DNA of 32,000 bases from Nanobdella aerobiophila (GCF_023169545.1 NZ_AP019769.1:420001-452000), one strand, 5' to 3'; shown: positions 16,907 through 25,189, counted from the first letter of the stretch. The notes: a model not told the origin generated them from the sequence alone. Program-made: numbers and translations.

Positions 16907-18889
16907 TATAGATGATATAAATAGATACATAAATACTGTAGATAATGTAGAAAATATGAAAAACAGTAAGTTACTTACTAAAGAATACCTATATAAATTA
17001 TAATATAAAGATAACTTGTCTCCACTTTCCTCTATAGAGTTTATAGCATATATAATTACTAGAGATATTAAGGTATTAAATAATCCTACTATTATTATAA
17101 TGATTGGTGGGGTTATAAGACCATTTAAATTGAATAAATTTAATACTAGCGATGGTAAAGAATTTATATAAGAGGAGTACTGGGATGTTCCACCAGATAA
17201 TTTTGCTATTTGTTGCAATTGGAAAGATAATCTATATAAAATCTCTATAGTCAGTATAGTAACTGCACTAACAATTCCTAAGATTGCGGGAGCTATAAAC
17301 CTTAATAATGATTTTAATTGAGATAAATCCTCTGCTACAAGATCTTTTATCCTCTCTCTGACTTTATCTAATAATAAAAAATATTTAGATATAATAGCTG
17401 TAACTGCTGCCGCCTCCTCTGGAGAAACACTACTAGACTCGAATATAATCTCTATAGAGGCTTTTAAATTTTGGGATGGAAAGTCTTTTAGTACGCCTTT
17501 TTTTGGATCAAATATAGAATCTTTTAATGGCATTCCAGATCTTAGATTTTGATATAGCTTAGATAAAAAAGTTCCAAGAGGACTTTTATTAAATCTTGGA
17601 TATATATATAATAAAGATTTTTCTATTGGATATCCTTGATTTAATGAATTGCTTAAAGATAATAAGAAAGCTGGGAGGTCAGAATCGATCTTCTTTAAAT
17701 TAAAATATAGATCCCTAAAGTTATTAAAGAATACATAAGAACCGAAGGATATTGATATCCCGAGTAATAGTACGAATAGCTCTGAAAATACAATTCCAGA
17801 AATATCGAAATTACCCAGATATCTGAATGCTACCAAAACAATAATAAAAAACAAAAATATAAATAATGCTGCACCAAGTCCAAAAGATATTAATTTATTT
17901 TTTATATCTCTCTCATTTATATATTGGCTATATAGATTTTCGTTGTTAAATATGGTCACTAATCTAGAGGATACAGAATAATTTAATACATAAAATGCTA
18001 AAAATGGTACTAATATATCAAATAATATAAATAGATCTAGTGGGGATATTAAATTACTTAGAAATATCGAAGCCAGAGGAAATATTGTAAGTAACATGAC
18101 TGGTAATGTAATCCCTAGCATACTTACTAAATTTATTGATGATCTAATATCCCTAGCAAAGAAATTTAACTCACTTAATAATTCTTCTAATGCTTCTTCC
18201 ATAGCTCTATCAATCTGAAATGCCCTATGTTCTTTATCAGGATCATAAAGTGCACTTTCTAATAACATTATTCCTAAATAAAAAAATTTAGCATCTTTCT
18301 CCCACATTCTAGAATAATCTAATATACCTTCAGAAGCAGAGATATATTTTCTGTTATATATATCTCTTAACAATCTTAATAAATCTATTTTTAATGGTAA
18401 ATTTATATTTCTAATAGAGAATACCAAAGCTTGTTCTAGATTTGGATTTTGTCTTAATTTTACAGATATTAATAGTAATAAACTTACTAATTGCCCTTTT
18501 TTTCTAGCCTTTAAACCATTATATAATATTATATAATAATAGTCTAATAATACATAAAATAATATTCCTAGAATAAAAAATATAAGAAAATATAGTGGAT
18601 TAATTAGTAAACCTGAAAATATACCCACGATGATAAATATTATTAAAAAAAATATTGAAGTTGAATCTATTTGATTTATATTAACATCTAATAATAATTC
18701 TGAATTTATTCTTTGAAATTCTTTTTCTTTATTTTTTCCAGGCTTTACCTTTATAATACTACCGAAATATTTTACAATACTTTCATAATATTTTATAATA
18801 CTACCGAAATAAGTATATTTATATGTTTTTATCAAATATTCCAAATTATTATTATTTATCTCTTTTATTTCAGTTTCTGATATGTCCAT
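16883..18889 (-). CDS. Type IV filament/archaellum-type polytopic platform protein (FlaJ/TadC/PilC-like, two T2SSF-like repeats)
   Basis: The 668-aa ORF sits directly downstream of the secretion ATPase and overlaps it by 25 nt. It has N-terminal TM helices. Two cytoplasmic helical modules are each followed by TM helices: LVSLLLLISVKLRQNPNLEQALVFSI...DIRSSINLVSMLGITLPVMLL and DLPAFLLSLSNSLNQGYPIEKSLLYIY...LRSGMPLKDSI...LKSLLRFIAPAILGIV. This is the duplicated GspF/T2SSF-type layout. Confidence 0.7.
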   Translation of the reverse strand: MDISETEIKEINNNNLEYLIKTYKYTYFGSIIKYYESIVKYFGSIIKVKPGKNKEKEFQRINSELLLDVNINQIDSTSIFFLIIFIIVGIFSGLLINPLYFLIFFILGILFYVLLDYYYIILYNGLKARKKGQLVSLLLLISVKLRQNPNLEQALVFSIRNINLPLKIDLLRLLRDIYNRKYISASEGILDYSRMWEKDAKFFYLGIMLLESALYDPDKEHRAFQIDRAMEEALEELLSELNFFARDIRSSINLVSMLGITLPVMLLTIFPLASIFLSNLISPLDLFILFDILVPFLAFYVLNYSVSSRLVTIFNNENLYSQYINERDIKNKLISFGLGAALFIFLFFIIVLVAFRYLGNFDISGIVFSELFVLLLGISISFGSYVFFNNFRDLYFNLKKIDSDLPAFLLSLSNSLNQGYPIEKSLLYIYPRFNKSPLGTFLSKLYQNLRSGMPLKDSIFDPKKGVLKDFPSQNLKASIEIIFESSSVSPEEAAAVTAIISKYFLLLDKVRERIKDLVAEDLSQLKSLLRFIAPAILGIVSAVTILTIEILYRLSFQLQQIAKLSGGTSQYSSYINSLPSLVLNLFNLNGLITPPIIIIIVGLFNTLISLVIIYAINSIEESGDKLSLYYNLYRYSLVSNLLFFIFSTLSTVFMYLFISSILNVSTLF
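18750..18811. repeat. Two exact 20-nt direct copies (18750..18769 and 18792..18811), in frame, within the platform gene 5' region
   Basis: tttataatactaccgaaata occurs twice, 42 nt apart. On the coding (minus) strand this encodes the duplicated peptide YFGSIIK (..YTYFGSIIKYYESIVKYFGSIIKV..). Confidence 0.8.
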
Positions 18890-21108
18890 TTTTTAATATT
18901 ATCTAAAATATATTCTTTGACTATTTCATTATATTCTTCTAAACTTTTTGAAACAAAATTATAAAATACTTCATTATATCTAACCACAAAGTCTGCTTCT
19001 AATATATCTTTTCTATTTTTTTCTTTTGAAATATCAACTAGTAATTTCTTTGATAGACCTATTGCTTCTATCATATTCCATATCCTTTCCCATGATTTTG
19101 ATAAAAATGTAACTCTAGATGCAACAGACTTTAATATATCTGAATCTCCATTTAATAACTCTAATGATGGAACTAAATCGTCCTTTTCTGCATCGTAGGA
19201 CATTAGATCTACAAAACCTTTCTCTTTTAATGGATCATTTTCCCATTGTTTTCTGACTTCTGATATCTTCAGTACTCTTCTATACCTTTTCATGCCAGAT
19301 GGATCTTTTATTGGATTTACTATAACTATTATATCTGTAGCCTTAAAGGATGTTTTTGGAACCCCCAGATCATTTACAACTCTATCATAAACACCATATG
19401 GGCTTTCTGCATGTAAAGTACCCATAACTGCATTTGCTGTAGCGCCAATCCTCATAGCCTCATATAATGTTTGAGCTTCTTTTGATCTAACTTCTCCAAC
19501 AATTATAGCACTATCACCCATTCTTAATGATACTCTCAGACCCTCATCCGCAGACAGCTCTGCAGATTTCAATGAAAATGGGCTTTTAACTTTCAAAGGA
19601 ACAATGTTATATCCTATCTTTATGAAATAATCAGATGGAATCTCCAAGGTATCTTCTACTGTTATTAACCTAATCTTTCTAGGTATCTCTAACATTAATG
19701 CGGTTAATAAGGATGTTTTCCCACTCCCTCTAGTACCTGCAATCAATATAGTCCTTCCATTATTTACCAAAAATGATAATAAACCTGCGGATAAATAATT
19801 TAACATCTTATTATCTATAAATAAGGGTAGTGTCCATGGCTTATCCCTATGTCTTCTAAATATATATGATATTCCCGTAGGGGACAAAGGCGGGGATATT
19901 GCTGCAACCCTTAATAATATCTCGTTTCCAATAGATAAATCAGTATCCAATACTGGATTTGCCTCATCAAATGGTCTCCCAGATATTAATCTTAATTTAG
20001 TAGCCCAGGATTCTATTTCCTTTCTTGTTGGAATAACATTAGTAATGCACATCTGATAATCAGAATGTTGAAGAGATACGGGAGATATACCAGATGGTGG
20101 ATTAATGAACAGATCCTCTATTCTTTGATCTATTACAATCTTTTCCACTATCCCAAAACCAATAGTATATCTTAATATTAGATTCTTTAGCATCTCGTAT
20201 CTATCTTTTTCTAGTTTTATATTATATAATGATGATAATTTACTTAATATATTATTTAGTGTATTAATATATATATCCCTTAATCTATCAGTATCTAAAT
20301 AATCCTCCCTTTTGGGTTCATATTGTAATAATATATCCATTGCCTTATGGGATAAAAATGTTTCTTCCGAAAATATCTTATACTCCTCTGGAAATATATA
20401 ATACCTAAATATAGATTCTTCGGGATTCTTTAATATAAATACTTCTGTAAATTTATCAATTTTATAAGATTCTAATACATTATAATCATCTTCTATTTTA
20501 TTCATATATTTTGTATCAATAAATTTTGGCTTTATATCACCCATTAACAACCTCTTATATATATCTCTATTTCCTATCTCATAACCTATCAAAAAAGGCT
20601 TTATGTATCTAAAAAAATATAAAGATTCAAACTTGATCAAAAATTTATCTATAAAAGAGATTATATTATTTATATCTTTTTCTAAATCTGGATTCTTTTT
20701 TAAAATTGATAACAACTTTCTTTTAAACCTATTAACATATACATAAACACCAATTGGATCCTTTAGATATTCTTTATCTAATAAATTTATTATTCTTCTG
20801 ATCTCTTGATATAATGGATTACTACTTAACAAATATTGATAATAATTAGCTATATTGTCTTTTATCAAATAATAAACATCTAGAAATCCTTTTAAAACCT
20901 TTATTGAATTATCATAATATGATATTAATTCATCTTGATCTATTATAATTGTATCTATTAGAGGATCGCTAGATAATATATTTAATACATATTCCATGAT
21001 ATTTTGATCATCTTCTATTGTAGCTACAGTTTGATAATTCTTAGCATTTATGTATAAAGTTCTTTCTTTTCCATCCCTTCTAATATCATATTCTAAATTA
21101 TTATACAT
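18865..21108 (-). CDS. Type II/IV secretion-system ATPase (GspE/VirB11/FlaI-PilB superfamily) with long N- and C-terminal extensions
   Basis: Walker A is ILIAGTRGSGKTSLLTALM, the Asp/Walker B box is LRMGDSAIIVGEVRSKEA and the His box is VMGTLHAESP. Upstream lies the IEDLFINPP...ISPPLSPTGISYIFRRH block typical of archaeal FlaI-like ATPases. At 747 aa, roughly the first 330 aa and the last 110 aa carry no motif I recognise. Confidence 0.85.
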   Translation of the reverse strand: MYNNLEYDIRRDGKERTLYINAKNYQTVATIEDDQNIMEYVLNILSSDPLIDTIIIDQDELISYYDNSIKVLKGFLDVYYLIKDNIANYYQYLLSSNPLYQEIRRIINLLDKEYLKDPIGVYVYVNRFKRKLLSILKKNPDLEKDINNIISFIDKFLIKFESLYFFRYIKPFLIGYEIGNRDIYKRLLMGDIKPKFIDTKYMNKIEDDYNVLESYKIDKFTEVFILKNPEESIFRYYIFPEEYKIFSEETFLSHKAMDILLQYEPKREDYLDTDRLRDIYINTLNNILSKLSSLYNIKLEKDRYEMLKNLILRYTIGFGIVEKIVIDQRIEDLFINPPSGISPVSLQHSDYQMCITNVIPTRKEIESWATKLRLISGRPFDEANPVLDTDLSIGNEILLRVAAISPPLSPTGISYIFRRHRDKPWTLPLFIDNKMLNYLSAGLLSFLVNNGRTILIAGTRGSGKTSLLTALMLEIPRKIRLITVEDTLEIPSDYFIKIGYNIVPLKVKSPFSLKSAELSADEGLRVSLRMGDSAIIVGEVRSKEAQTLYEAMRIGATANAVMGTLHAESPYGVYDRVVNDLGVPKTSFKATDIIVIVNPIKDPSGMKRYRRVLKISEVRKQWENDPLKEKGFVDLMSYDAEKDDLVPSLELLNGDSDILKSVASRVTFLSKSWERIWNMIEAIGLSKKLLVDISKEKNRKDILEADFVVRYNEVFYNFVSKSLEEYNEIVKEYILDNIKKWTYQKLK

Positions 21109-21146
21109 CTAAAGATTAATATATTTCTATATCAATATAAATTTAT
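21109..21146. promoter_or_regulatory. 38-bp divergent spacer, putative back-to-back (bidirectional) promoter pair
   Basis: This is the only DNA between the ATG at 21108 (minus) and the ATG at 21147 (plus). TTAATATAT is centred about 27 nt upstream of the plus-strand ATG. TTTATATTG (reverse strand) is centred about 27 nt upstream of the minus-strand ATG. The AT-rich background makes TATA calls weak. Confidence 0.3.
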
Positions 21147-21512
21147 ATGCAAGAAATAGATATTACAAAGAGATTAAAATATTTAGAAGAAAGAGTATCG
21201 ATGTTTAATAATATAATTGAATCCATAGACAGTACTACCAGATTATCAGTAAATGACATAAAAGAAGATTTAAATAATATTAAAAGGGATATAAATGAGC
21301 TAAAAGAGGATATAAATAATATAGAAATAAAATTAAAAGCTATAACAGATCAGCTTTCTTTATTTGCAACAACAGACCAGCTAAAAACAATAACATCTAT
21401 GATGGATTATATAAACCCATTTGATTTTGTGACAAAAAAAGAAGTAGAAAAAATAATAGATAAAAAGTTAAGAGAATATTTTGACGAGTTATATAACAAT
21501 GATAATAAATAA
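21147..21512 (+). CDS. Small coiled-coil protein, unknown function
   Basis: The 121-aa ORF has heptad-like, highly charged repeats (DIKEDLNNIKRDINELKEDINNIEIKLKAITDQL). It has no TM helix or signal peptide. It is the first gene of a tightly packed co-directional block divergent from the secretion ATPase. Confidence 0.6.
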   Translation: MQEIDITKRLKYLEERVSMFNNIIESIDSTTRLSVNDIKEDLNNIKRDINELKEDINNIEIKLKAITDQLSLFATTDQLKTITSMMDYINPFDFVTKKEVEKIIDKKLREYFDELYNNDNK

Positions 21513-21569
21513 TATTGATTATCATATATATTATAAAATTTATATTTTTTGAATAATTATAGTTTATTT

Positions 21570-22220
21570 ATGAGAGGTATATTAGGTTTATTTGGTGGCA
21601 AAAAGAAAGATAATAATAATATGGGACAAAACAATCAGGATATGAATAATTTATTCCAAGATTTTTCAAATTCTCAGGATCAGACTTCTCTATTCGGTCA
21701 ACAACAGCCTTTTCAGAATAATATGCAATTACCTATGCAACAACCATTAAATTTTAATAATAATCCTATGAATAATTTTCCTCAGAATAATATGCAATTA
21801 CCTATGCAACAACCATTACAATTCCAACAAACTCAAAATCAGCTAGATACTAAGATAAGTTCTGATACAAAAATAGAAGATTATGTAAATACTACTGTAG
21901 AGAATATTATAGAAAACAAGTTATCTGATGTTAAAAATGAATTAAATGAAATAAAGGTCTGGAAAGAGAAAGTAGATTATTTAATAAATAGATTACAAGA
22001 AGAGGTTGATAAAATAGACAGTAAGATAGACAATATAAATAATATGGCAAATAAAAAACTAGAAGAATACGATAAATCTATGCAAGAAACATCTACAGAA
22101 ATACAGGCTTTACATAGATTAATAAGAACAATGATACCGGCCATATCAGAATCCACAAAAGAATTAAAAGATACTATTGATGAACTAAAATCCCTGAGGG
22201 ATTATATGAAAAAACCATAA
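21570..22220 (+). CDS. Q/N-rich low-complexity plus long coiled-coil protein, unknown function
   Basis: I prefer the ATG at 21570 (MRGILGLFGGKKKDNN...) over the TTG at 21549 used in the ORF track. About 90 aa of Q/N/P/M-rich sequence contain an exact internal repeat (NNMQLPMQQPL twice). About 125 aa of coiled coil follow (VKNELNEIKVWKEKVDYLINRLQEEVDKIDSKIDNINNMANKKLEEYDKSMQE...). Confidence 0.65.
   Translation: MRGILGLFGGKKKDNNNMGQNNQDMNNLFQDFSNSQDQTSLFGQQQPFQNNMQLPMQQPLNFNNNPMNNFPQNNMQLPMQQPLQFQQTQNQLDTKISSDTKIEDYVNTTVENIIENKLSDVKNELNEIKVWKEKVDYLINRLQEEVDKIDSKIDNINNMANKKLEEYDKSMQETSTEIQALHRLIRTMIPAISESTKELKDTIDELKSLRDYMKKP
21713..21818 (+). repeat. Two exact 37-nt direct copies (21713..21749 and 21782..21818), 69 nt apart and in frame
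   Basis: tcagaataatatgcaattacctatgcaacaaccatta is present twice and encodes QNNMQLPMQQPL in both copies. Confidence 0.9.
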
Positions 22221-22251
22221 AACTTTTAATATTATTTTTTAAAGATCTTTA

Positions 22252-22626
22252 ATGAATAAAACAAAGATTATAGGAATAGCTATAGGTATATTATTTATAA
22301 TTGGATTCTTAGTGTTTTATGCAATTCCAATCTCTAACGGTCAAAATTTAAATCAGAATCAATTATATCAAATATCTCAAATAGCAAATTATTGCCAATC
22401 TCTATGCTATTATGCAGAGGATAACCTATCAATAAATAATTTAAATAATGAATGCCTGATATCCAATCAGTCTGTTCTTTCATCATATTGGAATATTAAT
22501 GGATGGGGATGTCAAGTATCTAACAACTATCAATCACTTTGTGGATATAATAACTATGTTATACTAGATAATAATTGTTCAATTGTTAGCATCTATTATA
22601 ATAATAAAAATCTAAATTTAACATGA
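22252..22626 (+). CDS. Small N-terminally anchored or secreted Cys-rich protein, unknown function
   Basis: The 124-aa ORF has the N-terminus MNKTKIIGIAIGILFIIGFLVFYAIP (signal anchor). An N/Q/S/Y-rich ectodomain follows, with 6 Cys and 4 N-x-S/T sequons (NLS, NQS, NCS, NLT). There is a 4-nt ATGA overlap with the TatD gene. Confidence 0.6.
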   Translation: MNKTKIIGIAIGILFIIGFLVFYAIPISNGQNLNQNQLYQISQIANYCQSLCYYAEDNLSINNLNNECLISNQSVLSSYWNINGWGCQVSNNYQSLCGYNNYVILDNNCSIVSIYYNNKNLNLT

Positions 22627-23345
22627 AATTAATAGACTGTCATGCTCATATATATAGATTAAATAATACTGAAATTAAAAGAATATTAAAAGACGATATA
22701 ATAATATTATCGGTCTCAGATGATATAGAATCTTCATTAAAAAATATTACCTTATCCAATTTATATGAAAATATAATACCTGCAGTAGGTATACATCCTT
22801 GGAATATAGAGAACATCGATAATAATGCTATAAAGATATTGGAAGGTATAATAAATGAGAAGAGTATAAATATTATTGGAGAAATTGGCTTAGATAAAAA
22901 ATTTAAAATGGAAACATATAATAAACAACTAGAAATATTTGAATATCAACTAAAATTAGCAAAAGATCATGATTTAGGAGTTAATTTACATAGCCCAGAT
23001 GCACAAGAAGATGTATTTAATTTATTATTAAAATACGACATTAAAAAAGCATATTTTCATTGGTATAGTGGATCTGAAAAATTATTAGAAGAGATAGTAG
23101 ATAAGGGATACTATATAGGAATTAATATAGCTACTATAATAAATAACAAATATAATAAGTATATAGAATTAACAAATATAAAAAATATGATTACAGAATC
23201 GGATTCTCCCTATAATTATAAAGGGATTATATTAGATCCTTCTCTAATAAATAGACTATACGAAGAAATTTCTAGAATAAAGAATATAAATATTAAAAAT
23301 TTATCTAAACAAATAACCAAAAATTTTTTAAATTTAATATATTAA
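22623..23345 (+). CDS. TatD-family metal-dependent hydrolase/DNase
   Basis: LIDCHAHI (HxH), GEIGLD, VNLHSPDAQED, YFHWYSG and ITESDSPY are the ordered TatD/amidohydrolase metal-ligand blocks. Confidence 0.85.
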   Translation: MKLIDCHAHIYRLNNTEIKRILKDDIIILSVSDDIESSLKNITLSNLYENIIPAVGIHPWNIENIDNNAIKILEGIINEKSINIIGEIGLDKKFKMETYNKQLEIFEYQLKLAKDHDLGVNLHSPDAQEDVFNLLLKYDIKKAYFHWYSGSEKLLEEIVDKGYYIGINIATIINNKYNKYIELTNIKNMITESDSPYNYKGIILDPSLINRLYEEISRIKNINIKNLSKQITKNFLNLIY

Positions 23346-23480
23346 CGAGGCGTTAAACTATTTTAACTTAGGATTAATTTATAAAGTTTAATGTATATGA
23401 TAACTTAATATTACAACAAATTGTTTTAACATAATGTTAATCAATAATGCTTATAAATACTGACAAACCTTATATATCCT

Positions 23481-23984
23481 ATGACATACTTGCTAAATGA
23501 AGACTTTAGAAAGGTACTTGAGTATATATCGGATAAGAAAGAATTTACTGAAAAAGAGGTTAGAAGAGAATTAAAGATAAGAGAAGATGAGATCAGAAAA
23601 CTATTATATATACTAGAAGAAAATGGAGTAATATATCCGCTAAATATAATAAACAATAATGGAAAATTTGATTTTAGATGGGGTAATAGAGTTCCAAATA
23701 AGAAAGAGTTCTTTAATTTGATATTTAACAAAGAACTTGATAAGATAAAGAAAGAGATAGAAGATACCCCGAAAACGATATATTATTGTGAAAATTGCAA
23801 TTTAGGATACACATTTGAGGAGTCCTATGAGAATGATTTTAAATGTAGAGAATGCGGTACTATATTAAAAGAAAAAGAGAACTTCAGAATAATAGAGTTA
23901 GAGAATATTGAAAACAATATACTATTATTAAAGAAGAATTATATACCAGAAAAAAGAGTATCAAAGGCTAGGGGAAAGAGATAA
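23481..23984 (+). CDS. tfe: Transcription factor E (TFE, TFIIE-alpha homologue)
   Basis: The 167-aa ORF has an N-terminal winged helix (VLEYISDKKEFTEKEVRRELKIREDEIRKLLYILEENGVI). A zinc ribbon follows: YYCENCNLGYTFEE......KCRECGTIL. Confidence 0.85.
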   Translation: MTYLLNEDFRKVLEYISDKKEFTEKEVRRELKIREDEIRKLLYILEENGVIYPLNIINNNGKFDFRWGNRVPNKKEFFNLIFNKELDKIKKEIEDTPKTIYYCENCNLGYTFEESYENDFKCRECGTILKEKENFRIIELENIENNILLLKKNYIPEKRVSKARGKR

Positions 23985-24014
23985 TTTTTTAATGATTTTA
24001 TATATAAATGATAA

Positions 24015-25160
24015 ATGATATTCAAAACAAGGATATATGATATAACTGAAATATTTAAGGATTCTGAATCTAAATTAATAAATAATAATATACAAAATGG
24101 CTATAGATCCTATGCAATAAAGTTAGATAAATTAAAAGGATTAATTGGATTTGAGATTATGCCAAATAGAAGGATTGGTACTGATCTAGCAGATATAGCA
24201 AAAAAATTTGATCTGAAGGGAATATTACATTCTGACGAACTCCCAAATTACGGTATATCTAATAAAGAAGTAGAATATGTTAAAAAGACTCTGAATTGTA
24301 ATGAAGATGACGCTTATATAATATTATTATCAAAGGATTATGAAACGGCTAAAAAAGTATTTTATCTTATAATTGATAGGATAAATCAATTAATAAAGGA
24401 TGTACCAAAAGATACAAGACAAGCAAATGAAGATGGAACGACTGCATTTTTAAGACCTCAACCAGGATCCGAAAGAATGTACCCAGAAACAGATCATCCG
24501 TATATATTTATAGATAAAAGAATAGAAGATAAAGGAGATTATGAAATTATAGAATATAGTATAAGATATGGAGATATAAAAGATAAATATGAAATATATA
24601 AAATTAAAAAAATGGATAAAGATCTATACTTTAAATTATTAAAGGAAAATAAAGATATATTAAACTCTATAGATCCTGAATTTATAAAAAATATTTTGAG
24701 GGAGATTGGATTCAATCAAAATCAAATAGAGAATATAATATGGAATGAATATATATATGATATAATAATTTTATCGAAAGACCTTGACCCTTCTACTATA
24801 TATTATTTATTTTTTCAGATGGTGGGAGATGCTGAAAATTTATATAAAGAAAAAATAGAAGATTTTGATCTAAATTTCATATATGATATAAAAAATTACA
24901 TAAAAGAAAAAATAATAACAAAAAATGCAGTTCCAATAATATATTACAAATATATTAAAGATAAGAAAGATATAAGAGAGATAATAGAAAAAGAAGATTT
25001 ATATAAGAGAGATATAAATAAACTAAGAGAAGAGATTTTCGAATATATAAAAACTCTAAATACGCAAGATAAAAAGATTATATATTCTAAGGTTTTCAAT
25101 AAATTTAAATATATAGCAGATAGCAAGGATATAAAAGAGGTTCTAGATAATATCAAATAA
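24015..25160 (+). CDS. gatE: Glu-tRNA(Gln) amidotransferase subunit E, C-terminal portion only (insertion domain onward)
   Basis: IMPNRRIGTDLADIAKKFDLKGILHSDELPNYGISNKEVEYVKKTL.....DAYIILLS and VPKDTRQANEDGTTAFLRPQPGSERMYPETDHP are GatE-specific blocks (AspRS-like insertion domain and the RMYPETD strand). RMYPETD is at residue ~155 here, whereas from memory it lies well past residue 350 in full-length (~620-630 aa) GatE. An in-frame TAA lies immediately upstream of the ATG, and tfe ends 30 nt upstream. Confidence 0.8.
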   Translation: MIFKTRIYDITEIFKDSESKLINNNIQNGYRSYAIKLDKLKGLIGFEIMPNRRIGTDLADIAKKFDLKGILHSDELPNYGISNKEVEYVKKTLNCNEDDAYIILLSKDYETAKKVFYLIIDRINQLIKDVPKDTRQANEDGTTAFLRPQPGSERMYPETDHPYIFIDKRIEDKGDYEIIEYSIRYGDIKDKYEIYKIKKMDKDLYFKLLKENKDILNSIDPEFIKNILREIGFNQNQIENIIWNEYIYDIIILSKDLDPSTIYYLFFQMVGDAENLYKEKIEDFDLNFIYDIKNYIKEKIITKNAVPIIYYKYIKDKKDIREIIEKEDLYKRDINKLREEIFEYIKTLNTQDKKIIYSKVFNKFKYIADSKDIKEVLDNIK

Positions 25161-25189
25161 TATAAATATTTTTCTAAAATTTCTATATT

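Noticed and set aside
21549-21569. TTG start proposed by the ORF track for the Q/N-rich protein
   Set aside because: An ATG lies 7 codons downstream (21570) and gives a plausible N-terminus (MRGILGLFGGKKK). The TTG extension adds only MNNYSLF, and I see no reason to prefer it.
23396-23463. Possible C/D-box sRNA (tATGATAA ... CTGA about 65 nt apart) upstream of tfe
   Set aside because: The C box is imperfect (ATGATAA rather than RUGAUGA). There are no recognisable internal C'/D' boxes and no terminal stem. The region is better explained as the tfe promoter (TTATAAATA about 25-30 nt upstream of the ATG).
23441-23731. 96-aa minus-strand ORF overlapping tfe
   Set aside because: It lies antisense to TFE. 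Its S/L/F-rich composition is typical of reverse-frame translation.
24944-25156. 70-aa minus-strand ORF inside gatE
   Set aside because: Antisense shadow with low-complexity S/L/I content.
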